Shown here one piece after another: positions 12,847-25,065 of a stretch of 64,000 nt of DNA; positions within the stretch are counted from its first letter, which is position 1, and every line of letters starts with the position of its first letter. The position numbers and the translations under genes were made by a program. Below the pieces are notes generated by a model. It did no database searches and was not told where the DNA came from. It was given only the letters and a program-made list of their open reading frames with translations. Origin of the DNA: Octopus sinensis (lineage: Eukaryota); contig NW_021830450.1 in the NCBI RefSeq assembly GCF_006345805.1, positions 2,487 through 66,486 on the forward strand. The letters run 5' to 3'.

Positions 12847-13955
12847 GTTTTCTTTATTGGCCACAATGGCCGAACACGAAACAAAAAGGGACAAATTAAA
12901 GTACAACTTAGCACAAAATTCATGTATAAAATGGAAAGAAAAATTAACGACAAAATTTAGCCATAAAATTCCCCAAAAGGTGAGGGAAAACTGAGTAGTT
13001 CCACGCATCCTAGTTATCCCTACCGTCAGGGGTACCTCAGCAGGTGCCCCCCCCCCTTCGCAACTCCTCCAGACTTGAAGAGCACTGAATTACCCGCAAA
13101 CTGTTTCGCCCTCGAAACATGCTGAATGTTAGGTATTTTGTCTTTCAGTGTACCTTCCACATCTACCTGACTGACCGTCTCCGGCCGCTTTCTGCTTCTA
13201 CAAACATATTTATAAAACAACCGTCCTTTTTCTTGTTTCTGCCAACACCATGTGGGGCGGAGGACAATGTCCATCCGCTCTTTACCCAGCCTTATCAATC
13301 TAGTTGTTTGAGCCAAAGAAATATCTTTCTCGATCCGTTTCAGATAGCTCTCTGCTTTAATGTACTGTTGTTATTTACAAGGAAAATATTGTTGCTTTTG
13401 TTTTTTTTCTTCCCTCTATCGTAAGTTTTTCGTTGTAGTAATGGAGGTGGCGGAGTAGGTTGTGGCTATGTTCTTACTCTTGTTGGTGTTGCTGATTGTT
13501 GTCTTTGGTCGAATTCATCGCGGGGAATTCAACTTAATGCTTCGAACTAATTCTTTGCGCTCTGATGTCGCTGAATCTGCTGCCGCTGTTTGTTGTCTTA
13601 GGGGTAAATTGCTCCTCTGAACTTTGTACTCGTTGGATGCTCCCCTGCCTTTCTATTTGTGGGTAGAAGGCGGAGGGCGCCACCGCATCCTGCACCTCTC
13701 CATCACATTTTACTTCCTCTTCCATGTCTTTAAGTGAGGCTGGCTTCGTCATGTTTATTTTTAAAATAAATGGTTATTTTCTTTTCGGATTTGACCCCCA
13801 TAAGGCGTACAAACAGCAAAACCAACCAAACCTATTCAAAGGTGGTGTTTTTGATAAACGTTTTGTAACAAAATAAGCAATAAACAACTTCTGGAGACAA
13901 AAGGAAAAGCAAAATCTTAGGAGCAAACAAAAGCGTGCATTCCGTCAGAACAAAC
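12847..13955 (-). mobile_element. Probable internally deleted L1/Tx1-clade LINE (ORF1-like remnant joined to a 3' UTR)
   Basis: Decayed frame ...YLKRIEKDISLAQTTRLIRLGKERMDIV...KIPNIQHVSRAKQFAG; ends gtggccaataaagaaaa-(CAT)n like the 15.0 and 29.9 kb ends. Confidence 0.4.
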
Positions 13956-13964
13956 AACAACAGT

Positions 13965-14385
13965 AAAAATGGTTTCAAATTTTAGCACAAGGCCAGCGAT
14001 TTCGGGGAAAGGGGCTAAGTCGATTACATCGACCCGAATGATCAACTGGTACTTACATTATCGACCCCAAAAGGAGGAAAGGCTAAATCGACCTCGGCAG
14101 AATTTGAACTCAGAAGTAAAGAGACAAACGAAATGCCGTTATGCATTTTGTTCGACGCGCTTAGGACTTTGTCAGCTTGCCGCCCTTCATAGTTTTAAAT
14201 TTGGCGCAAGACCTGCTATTTTTGGTGGGGTGGGGTATAATCGATTTCATCTATCCCAGGGTTCAACTGATGTTTATTTTATCAAGTCAAAAAGAAAGAA
14301 AAGCATAGTCGACCGTACGGGGATTTGAACACCGGACGTAATAAGTCAGAAGAAATATTGCTAAGCATTTTGTCCGAGAGTGTTG
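13965..14385 (-). mobile_element. Two tandem SINE family A copies
   Basis: gacctcggcagaatttgaactcagaa and gtcgaccgtacggggatttgaac; reverse complement of family A. Confidence 0.75.
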
Positions 14386-14827
14386 CTTATGGTTGATGGA
14401 ATGAGAGCAAAAATTCATGGAAAACGTTGGAAAATATCATTTTGTCTTTTTGAGTGATCCGCTTCGAAACGTTATTTATGGAGCGAATGCGAACTTTTTT
14501 TCTTTTTCTTTTCGTCAATTTTTGACGCGTTTACCAATTTGATCAGCCGTGTTTCTAATAAACAAACCTTCTCCTGCCTGCCTTCCATAATATGTATCTA
14601 CAAATAATTGAAGACTTGATAATAAATAGCAACTGAGTGTAGAAAAATATCGAAATATTCCGAACTAAAGTGATAACGACTTGGATGAAAGAGAGAGAAA
14701 AGAAGGAATAAAGCTGACGACGTATCTGCCTCATCTGTGTATGATGATATATTGCCGGTCATTAATGGCTATGGACAGTTTACAGGGTGAACAATAAACA
14801 CACTTAAAATTAAAAAAATAAAATAAA

Positions 14828-14885
<58 letters not shown>

Positions 14886-15009
14886 GTAATAATAATAATA
14901 ATAACGATAATAATAATAATAACCATAAGTATATTAATAACAACGGGGCTAGTGGTGCTCCGTTGTTGTTACTGATGGTGGTAGTGATGATGATGATGAT
15001 GACTATATA

Positions 15010-15480
15010 CTGATGTTTTATTTGCCACAGGGAGTTTGATGAAGGTGACACGCATAACAAGGACAATTTCCAATTTCTGTGATATCTTCATAAAAAACGA
15101 AAGGAAGAAAAGAAGGGAATGAAATGTGTAAGAATACAAAACATGCTTCGAGTTGTTCTGTTCCCCTTATCCATTTTTCGGAAGAGCCCCCCCCCACCAT
15201 CTTTTGGCCAGTTCTCTGAGGGAGAATACTTCCTTCTCGACCCTCACTTTTCTTTATACGTGAAATTTGTAAAAAGTAGCGTTACACAGCCCCTTTTTCC
15301 CCCAGCAAGGAACAATGTCTGCCCTGCTTTGTTGAAAGGTGGGTTGTGGGGCATTTCTCGCCGCGATGGACTCGGATTCGTCCGACTCGTGATAACAGCC
15401 GTCCGTCTTTGTGATTTAGATATTAAGAGCAGCGATTTTGGGGGAACGCGGTTGGTTGATTGGTTACCTCGACCCAAGTT
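15010..15480 (-). mobile_element. L1/Tx1-like LINE 3' end
   Basis: Decayed frame FYKFHV*RKVRVEKEVFSLRELAKRW, then UTR ending gtggcaaataaaaacatc near (CAT)n. Confidence 0.5.
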
Positions 15481-16699
15481 CTTGGACTGATACTTATTTT
15501 ATCGATCTTTCAAAGAAAACGAAGGCAACAGTAACAACAAAAACAAAGGAAAAATAGTGACGACGACGACGATGATAATGATGATGATGATGATGAGGAG
15601 GAGGAGGAGGAGGAGGAGGAGGAGAAAGAGGATGGAAAAGAAAGATGATGACATCGACGCTGATGATATGAAGAATGTTTTACGGTAATCAAGTGTTTGA
15701 TTTATATAGACATACACACACAAACACAACCTTGCCTTTGCTCGCTATCTCCATATATTTTAAAGAAAACCACTTGAGGTGGTTTCGCCGCTTGATAAGG
15801 GCTGTCCATTAACAGTGGTCGACCGCTGTTCAAACACATGGCTCAAGTGTTCAATATCGTTTCCGTGTGTCGATCTGGTTTATCAGACTGCTTTATAACA
15901 ATACATTTCACAGACGCACGGACGCACGCATACACACAAACACACAAACACACACGCACGCGTGCACATGCTCATACGTATACCCTTACACAAATACTAG
16001 CATGCCCACGCAGATACGCATGCGCATGTAGATGCATTTACATATATAAAAATATTTGCACAAACACGTTTTCAGATGCATACATATCACGTAACATGAA
16101 TATACATGTATATATATATATATATATAGATGTTTGTCTGTATATATGTGTGCATATTCATGTTACGTAACATATCATGCATGTATGTATGTGTATATAC
16201 ACGCGCGTATGTGTATTTATATTTACACACACACACATATTATTTTACATACAACTTCCATTACGTGTCTTTCTAATCATGTCATTTGGTGAGGACAACA
16301 ACTTTGCCAGCGAACCAGATAGGACATTATGGATCAAACTACAACATCCCGATATCCATCATTGAATGGAAACACTGTACACTGCCATGTTTGTGCTTCT
16401 TTTGACTCTCTAAGTTCCACATATTCAAGCCCTTCCTTTTACCTGTCTCCTCTATAATGCTTTCCACATTCATCGTCAACTCCTACTTACATAAACCTTT
16501 CGCTCCCTCTATGGGGCATAGACCTCCGACGATTCTTTTCACTGGTTTCAACACTAGACAGTCTCTTCTGCTTTGGTCCAATTTGATCCCGGCTTCCTTT
16601 CTGACCTTGCTGCACCCCTATCCAAGTTCTTGTTCATTTGGAATTATCATCGAGGCCTCCTTAACTCCTTAACCTATGCAAAACCATTTTTAACTCTTG

Positions 16700-16865
16700 C
16701 AAAGCTGGTCCATATTAGTCTGGCCTCTTTCTTTTGACCTGTCTAGCATGGAAGGCCCTATCAGGAGTTTGCACCCTATCGAGAGCTTTCACTCCTCTGG
16801 CCTAGCTTTCAAGGTTATTGAGGCGCATACGCCACCACACCGCAATAAAGACGCAACGTGTGATG
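16700..16865 (-). mobile_element. RTE-clade-like 5' terminal region
   Basis: Reverse strand gcgcctcaataaccttgaaagct...ctcctgatagggccttccatgctagacaggtc...ggccagactaa resembles RTE 5' UTRs as I recall them. Confidence 0.45.
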
Positions 16866-17391
16866 AACCGTCAAGTCAACATTCAAAATGAATATTTTTG
16901 TCAGGCCACATTAAATTTTATTCTGCTACTATAATATTTCTGCATAACGTGGGTGATTCAGCTCTTTCTCTAAACCCCTCTGCACATTCAAATCATTAAC
17001 ATCATTTCGGAAGTCTAGGCCTATATTTCTTTGTTTTTGCTCGTTCGTCTACGAGGCCTTTTCTCTCCTTCATTGCGGAAATTTCATTTTCATTTTCATA
17101 CCATTGCTTGCATCTTCCACATTAGAATCCTTCGATTAGACGTCTCCCATGGCTATGAGATTTATCATGACATTAGAGTATCATTTTTCTGTGAGTAATT
17201 AAAACAAGTATTTCCTTGTCAACCCCAAGTGTCATAAGCTCGTTAACGAGAATAATGTAAAAGTTAGTTGCAGTTGCTTGCAAAATATTGTAACTCAAAT
17301 ATGTCAGCATAAACAAGAAACGCATTAACCAATCCCGAATATTCAATCACAGTAAAATCACACCCTACCAATTTAATGGCAAACGACTCAC

Positions 17392-17429
17392 AAATGTTAT
17401 CGTGTATAGAGCTAAAGTAATATCCATGG
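17392..17429 (-). other. Candidate 38-nt exon with start codon (MDITLALYTITF...)
   Basis: Acceptor ttttaccttgacag, CCATGG, donor TTT/gtgagt in apparently unique sequence; splice signals only. Confidence 0.25.
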
Positions 17430-18363
17430 CTGTCAAGGTAAAATACACTCATAAACATGCTTATAAATGATACACTTGGCGGCCGAGAAAGAAAATATAT
17501 TTCTAGATAAAACCGAGAGTTGAATCAACAACAAATCTTGTCCACTGACGAAAGCGCAACATCATTCCAATGGGTTTAAAGAGGTGTTAGTAATATCTAA
17601 CCAAATGATATATTTTGATCAAATTTTTAAAATGTGAACCCTAAAAAACTAAAGATACACTCCATCTGTATGCAGATGAATATTACAATATATAGAACCC
17701 AGTAATTAGTAGGTACTTGTTTCAAAGACCTTGAAGGGACGATAGGCAAAGTCGTCGAGTTGTTCCTATCAAGTTAGAATCTAAAGCGCAAAGGAATGTT
17801 AATAAGGACCGCGATTGTGTTCACTGATCCATTAATTTATCTCTACACCAAATCATTTATTTAGGAAGCAGAATTTGTCAATTTATCAACGAAAAATCGC
17901 CTGCAATGAATAAAAAAAAAAGAACAAATAAATAGAAATAAAATAGCGGCAGAAGAATCTTTGTCATACAAAATGTTTCTTTTAGACATTTTCTTGGCGC
18001 GTGAAAGAAAATATAAGCAAAAACCAGTACGAAAGTTTTATTGAGGAAATTTGGTCTGAATTCGTCGACGATTAAAACTAATGCTGGATTATTCTAACCA
18101 ACAATATCCAATAAATAAATAGATATACATCGAAGTGAATAAGCTAAAAAGCTAAGAAGGGGAAAAAAGAAACACGAACAAGAAGACATAGATATGACAA
18201 GAGGAATCAACCATTGTCTGTTTCCTACTGGAAGAATACGACTGCATTGAAAGAAGTTCAATTGTTAGCGTTGATAGGTTGAAGACTCAACGATGTTTTC
18301 TCACATAAGATACATTAGTTGATAACTCTATGTGTGTGTGTGTGTGCGTTAGAAAGAGATAGA

Positions 18364-18405
<42 letters not shown>

Positions 18406-18767
18406 CTTTTTCAATCTTAAGTTTTTTTTTCGTTTTCGCTATCAAAAGTGGATACGTGCAGCACTTTCTATTCAGAAACGTAAATAGCGAAATCGTTTTG
18501 AATTTTGTTGTTGTTGTTGTTCATGCTATTGTTGTTGTTGTGTTGTTGTTGCAGATAACGGTTATGATTGGAAACTGTAATTTACATTTAAAAAATGAGT
18601 CGTTTACCTCTTGTCTGAAGCGTTCTGCTCTTGCTTTACTTAAAATACATATAACAACAATAGCAACAACAATAATAATGTTGATGAGGAAAATAATGAT
18701 GATACTGCTGCTGATGATGATAATAATAATGATGATGACGATGATGATGATGAGGAGGATGATAGTA

Positions 18768-18822
<55 letters not shown>

Positions 18823-19039
18823 ATTCCTTGGAGAAGTTACCATTAAAAGGGGGATCTTCTAAGGTGACTAGTTTTCTCCGTTACTATTTATAATTGCATT
18901 AATACTCATAACAATGACACTTCAGAAAGTTAAGATCGGCTACCGATGTGGGAAGAAAGGCCCATCATTGAACCATCTTCTGTTTATGTAAAAACCTGAA
19001 ATTGTTTGTCATATCTAAAAAATATATAGTTTCCTTAAA

Positions 19040-19787
19040 CAAAAGAGTCCAGAATTATGGAAAGGACATCGGTATACAATTGGGGATTACCAAATGCTCA
19101 GTACTTAATATGAAAAGCCGGAAGAAAGCAGCCTGAAGAGGATTGAGCCCGACGGTAATGGGCATAGATATTTAGGGATTTTGAAGCTGGATGACATTCT
19201 ACAAAGAGAAATGAAATTCAAGGTCAGCGAGGCGTATCTAAAAAGGGTGAAAATGGTGTTGAAATCCAATCTGAATGCCAAAAATTTGATTACCGCAATG
19301 AATATCTGGACATTTGCGGTGGTCAGATATAGTGTGTCCACCCTGAAATGGACTAAGGAGGAAATGTTAAGACTGAATAGAAAGACGAGAAAGTTTATGC
19401 TGCTGCATGGGGCGCTACACCCTAAAGCAAACGTAAACAGACTGTATATGAAAAGAAAGAATGGTGGTAGAGGACTAATTAGTATAGACCATTGTATAAG
19501 GAGAGAAAGGAGAAAGGAGAAAGGAGAACGAGCATTTAATAAATAGTGATGAAGACCTTGAAATGAGAATGCATGGACAGTTTGAAAGGAATACACAGGA
19601 CGTTAAGGATAATACAGCATCGTGGGCATGGCTTGAACGAGGTGATTTGAAGCGTACGACCGAAAGCCTGATCCTTGCTGCACAGGCTCTTGCGACCAAT
19701 TCGGCGAAGTATAACATCTATAAAACATCTGAATGTGGAGAATAGAACCCATTTGATAAGTGAATCTGAGAGCCTTGTGCAAAAAGT
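19040..19787 (+). mobile_element. R4/Dong-like non-LTR retrotransposon fragment (post-RT region), internally deleted, with 3' end and TAA tail
   Basis: YLKRVKMVLKSNLNAKNLITAMN...LHPKANVNRLYMKRKNGGRGL; HGQF...WLERGDLKRTTESLILAAQ. Confidence 0.85.
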
Positions 19788-19797
19788 AATAATAATG

Positions 19798-19877
<80 letters not shown>

Positions 19878-19884
19878 GATAACA

Positions 19885-21765
19885 AGCCGATGTTGACCAG
19901 AATCACACCCATCAGTGGCTACGGAGCTCAAGGCTAAAGGTAGAGAGTGAAGGCTTTATCTTGGCTGTCCAAGATAAGAACTTATTGATCCGGAACTGTC
20001 AAGCCAATGTGGTGAAAATTGTTGTAGACCCAAAGTACCGATCCTGCAACGATGAGATAGAAACAGTGGACCACCTAATCTCTGGGTGTAATGTTTTTGC
20101 ACATGTAGAGTCCAAACCAAGACATGACAGAGTTGGCCAATATCTACATTGGCTAATGGTGTAGCCATTATAGAATCAAAACTGCTGACAAATGGTATTA
20201 GGTTGTCAAGTATGAAATTCGTAGAAAAGAAAAAAGTTTGTTAATATTTTATAAACACAAGGAATAGTTTTATTCATCAACGTGTGCCCCCGTATTTTCA
20301 ATACACGTTTACCGTTTCAGTGGTATCTTGTCCAGCCCGGAACTGTAAATGCCTGGTAATCTAGAGTCAGTAAAATCTTAGAAGGCCTGTTTTACAGCGT
20401 CGTCGGAATTAAATTTTTTCCTCTCAAAAAATTATCCAAATTTTGGAAGAAGAGGTAGTCACTGGGAGCACGATCAGGTGAATATGGTGGATGATGGAGA
20501 ACTTCCAACTCCAAATCCTGTAGTTTCGCCAATGCTGAACTTTTACGGTTGTTGGATTGGAACCATTTCTCATCACATGTTATAATTCGATTAAAAAATG
20601 ATTCATTTTTGTGACGAGAAAGTAGCATAATGCAGGCTTCCAAACGTTGCTGTTTCTGATTTTCATTGAGTTCACGTGGAACCCACTTATCCAAATTTTC
20701 ACTTTACCGATTTGAACTAGGTGAGTCAATATTGTTTGCTTGCTAACACCAAACAGCAACGGGGACTTTGAGATGGATCTGACTCGATGGTGGCTTTCAG
20801 TTCGTCATCATCCACCTTTGCTTCTGGTCGACCGCGTTGCTCATTTGTGAAGTTAAAGTTACCAGAACGAAATTTTGAAAACCAATTTGATACTGTCTGC
20901 TGTGTAATAACATTAGAATGAAATATTCCATTAATATTCCGAGATGTTTGTGATGCTGTATTTCCAAGAAAGAACACATATTTCAAAACTGCACGAATTT
21001 CCGACTTATCCATCTCTAAACAGAAATAGCAAAAAAGAAAAGACAATTTATAAATACTTAATAAAGCACAAAATGAAATAGATGTGTCAACTTTCTAACA
21101 AAAAATATTGTCAAAATATAATAATGGCGGAAAATGAGCGGCTGTCAAAGTTTACCATATACCTTACTAAAAAATTCATACTTGATGACCTAATACAAGC
21201 ACCACTCTGAGGCTGTAACTGAGAGAGAAAATGTAACGATTTTTTGGGACTTCCGAGTATGTACAGATCGGACCATCATGGCTAAGAAACCAGATATTGT
21301 TGTGAAAGACAAAAGTAATAAAGTCTGTTTATTGACTGACATGAGCATACTCTATGACCAGAATGTCTCGGGAAAAGTATTTGATAAGTTCAGAAAATAT
21401 AAAGATCTGCTAATCGAAATCGAAAAGATGTGGCATCTCAAGACGGTTACAATACCAGTAATTGTCGGAGCACTTGGAATGATCAAAAAGAACTGAAAAT
21501 AATTTAAGAATGATTTCTGGTTTACCATCCATACAAGAAGTGCAAAAGGTTGTCTTAACTGGTAACTGGTCACATGTATTGGGAAGAGCATCGTCGCTGT
21601 GAATTTTCTTTTCTTTTCCCCTCTTTATTTGTTTATTTTTGTATTTTTTCCTTTTTCTGTCTCCTCCTTTTTCTCTATTACATGACTCTGTAAATGATCA
21701 ATCTAGTGTGCTAGTTTTAATGGCCTACCAATGTATACAGTACGTTTCTTTTCCCTAGGTGTCAG
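19885..21765 (+). mobile_element. R4/Dong-like LINE 3' part (CCHC-like region and REL endonuclease), interrupted by a mariner
   Basis: ETVDHLISGC...RHDRVGQYLHW; KWY/KHHSEAVTERENVTIF across the insertion; KKPDIVVKDK...KYKDLLIEIEKMW...IPVIVGALG; (TAA)n tail. Confidence 0.85.
20198..21193 (-). mobile_element. Mariner DNA transposon, 996 bp, internally deleted and frameshifted
   Basis: TIRs ttaggttgtcaagtatgaa / ttcatacttgatgacctaa; TA duplication at 20196-97 and 21194-95; WVPREL, ITCDEKW and HPPYSPDRAPSDY motifs; middle catalytic Asp region missing. Confidence 0.92.
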
Positions 21766-21836
21766 TAATAATGATAATAATAATAATAATAATAATGTTA
21801 ATAATGATAATAATGATAATAATAATATTAATAATA

Positions 21837-21867
<31 letters not shown>

Positions 21868-21896
21868 TGATAATAATAATAATAATGATAATAATG

Positions 21897-21929
<33 letters not shown>

Positions 21930-21953
21930 TTAATAATAATAATGATAATAATG

Positions 21954-22050
<97 letters not shown>

Positions 22051-22060
22051 TAACAATAAT
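21766..22060. repeat. (TAA)n/(TGA) microsatellite tail
   Basis: About 295-bp AAT-based run after the LINE 3' UTR. Confidence 0.95.
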
Positions 22061-22569
22061 AAATACAACAAGACATTAATAATGTTACAATTTGCAAAAA
22101 GAATTTGTCCAAGGCGTTGCCAAAGGCACCGTATTAGGTCGGTTGACAATAGAGAAGCTTGCAGAGAGGAAATTAAAGGAAATAGTTGTTGAATTTAACG
22201 TAAAATTGAGAAGCAAAGCTGTTTATGAGAACACGACGAGAGTAAAAGAAAGAGGCTGGGAGATTTTTTAAAAAATTCGATTGTTTATGTGAATTTTTTT
22301 TTTTGTAAATGTGCATTTACTATAAACTCTTATGGTTATGTTATATCAGAGAGAAGTGACGTTGTTTTTGGGGGGTGCTTTTTTGCGAAAAATAAGAAAA
22401 AAAACATAACGATGTAATATAAAACAAAACTTTAACCCCCAGAAGAGAATGTAAGAAAATATATTAAAAAAAATGATGCAATAGAAAATACAAATTAACG
22501 AAAGGAAAATACAATACCGCCGCCGACACCACCACCACCACCACCACCACCACCACCACCTCTACCATC

Positions 22570-22628
<59 letters not shown>

Positions 22629-22666
22629 TAATGATGATGATAATAATAATAAAAATAATGATGATG

Positions 22667-22709
<43 letters not shown>

Positions 22710-23686
22710 TGATGATGATGATGATGATGATGATAACAATAATAATAATAACAACAAAAACAATAATAGAAATTATAATGATGATAAAAAAATAATAATA
22801 TGTAGTGCGAAATATAAAGTTAATGTAACAGAATTAGGGTATAGTAAGAATATAGGAGAGACAGAGTAAAGAAAGAAAAAAAGAAGGAAGTAATGGAAGG
22901 AGAGGAAAAAGAACGAAAAGAAAGAAGGAAAGAAATGAACAAATGATGAAGGAAATGAAATAAGGAAATAAAAAAATGAAGAAAAATATCAGAAAGAAGA
23001 AATGAAAGAAGAATGAACGAAAAGAGAAACAGGAAGATTAAGAAAATAAAGAATTACAAATGGAAGAGTGAAGGAAATTATGTTGATGGGAAAGAAGACA
23101 CAAAGGAAGAAGTAAATAAGAAATGAAGAGAAAGAGAGGAAGAACAGGTGAATGAAAATAAAGAAAGGAAGCGAGAGAAAGAAGGAACGAAAGTAATAAG
23201 TAATGTAACGAAATATCGGAAAACAAAATGGCGGAAAATGGCTAAAATAAAAGAAAAACAACAACAAAATTAAACCAAGGAACAAAAAAAAATAAACATG
23301 AAAGAGAAACAATGAAAGAATGAAAATATAAAAATAAAATAAATAGGATAAAACAATTAAAAGAAACCCCAAAAGTATTAGTAAAAACACAATGGGAGCG
23401 AAAGAAGGAATAAACCACATGAAAAATGGAATGAAATAAAGAAGGGAAGTGAGGAGGAGGAGGAGGAGGAGGAGGAGGAGGAGGAGGTAGAAGTGGAAAA
23501 CTGGGCGGAAGGGTGAGGATGGGGGTTTTAAGGGAAAAAATAAGAGAAATGATTGAAACGATAAAACTAATAAAAAGGTATGTCTGTATGTTATGTGTGT
23601 ATATGTATATATATATATATATATATATGTGAGTGTGTGTGCATATCTAACTTTTTTCTTTTATCTGTCTCTCTGTATACACACGC

Positions 23687-23717
<31 letters not shown>

Positions 23718-24894
23718 CACGTATATATATATCAGTATTTACTATATATCACAGTATATCATAAATATTCCTCCTTTGTCCATCTGTCTCTCTTTCCTCT
23801 TTCTCCCCTTATATATTTACATATATACATAAATGCAAACGGACAGACAGACAGGTAGATACACACACACACAGTTATATGAGGTAGAACAAATGAGATT
23901 AAGTGAGGTTCATGGTCGTTCGCTAGAGTATTTTAGTGCTCCAATAGTGTTGTTCGTCCACATAATATGCAAATAGTAAAAAAAATTGTTAAACATCGAC
24001 AAAGCAGGGAAGATGAATATCATATCATACACACACACACACACACACACACAGAGGAGATAGGGAGTTTATAGAAGACGAGTAGAGAGTGTACACAAAG
24101 AGAGAAAGGAAAAGAAAGAGAAAATAACAGAGACAGAAGCATCGAAAGAAGGATGGATGCGAAGAAGACGTCGATCGAGTTGTAATAATTGTGAGTGCAA
24201 TTGTATTGTAGTAAAGATTCATTTGTGCAGATGTTGAACAAAAGTCAAATACTTTGCAAGTCACGTAATGAACTACACTTAACGACAAGTGAATACTCCG
24301 GAAATAACTGGAACACCGGAAGTTAAGATACAACGTGCGGATTACTCGAAACGAGATTTGGCGTCGTAGTTTACAAGTTTGTTTTGTAATAGGTGACCAG
24401 TGTTCGTGTTGAAGCTATACTTCTTTGCTTCCAGCCCACAGCATGGTCACTTGACCAACTACAAACTAATGTCTTGATAATGGTAAGTTGACTTTTTATT
24501 TTGAAGTCGTGTATACACTTGGTAAGTTGACGTTTTATTTTGAAGTCGTGTATACACTATCAGAAAGAATACGATAAAACTATCAGACGTAATGGCCATG
24601 GCCGTAGTGTATTTGATCATATATCATCTCAGTCTGTGTTGACACTGGGTTAAACAGCTACTACTTCGCGAAAAGCCAACGTGATAATCTCTACATGATT
24701 AGAAAAAAAAACATTCCAATATTTCGAAATTAAACTCTATTTGACGAACATACTGGATTTCTTTGGAACAACCCTTGGGACTTGTAAGGCTAACCACCAG
24801 GTTTCCATGGCGTATATATGACTGATATTACAACACTACCCCTGAATGGAACGCCGGTCCGTTGCACGGGTCAAACCAGAAATCTTTCATGAGA

Positions 24895-25065
24895 GGAGAC
24901 AAGTCGATAACATCAACCCCAGTAATTAACTGGTATTTTATCGATCACGGGGAGTCGAAAGTCAAAAGTGACCTTGTTGAAATTTGAACTTACAACATAA
25001 AAAGTCGGCAGAGATGCCGTTAAGTATTTTGTCCGGAGTACTAACGACACCGGCAGCCCACCACG
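24895..25065 (-). mobile_element. SINE family A, degenerate
   Basis: gtcgataacatcaacccc...gaaatttgaactta...tgccgttaagtattttgtccgg. Confidence 0.65.

Noticed and set aside
15808-15827. 20-bp imperfect palindrome aacagtggtcgaccgctgtt
   Set aside because: Too short and isolated to assign a function
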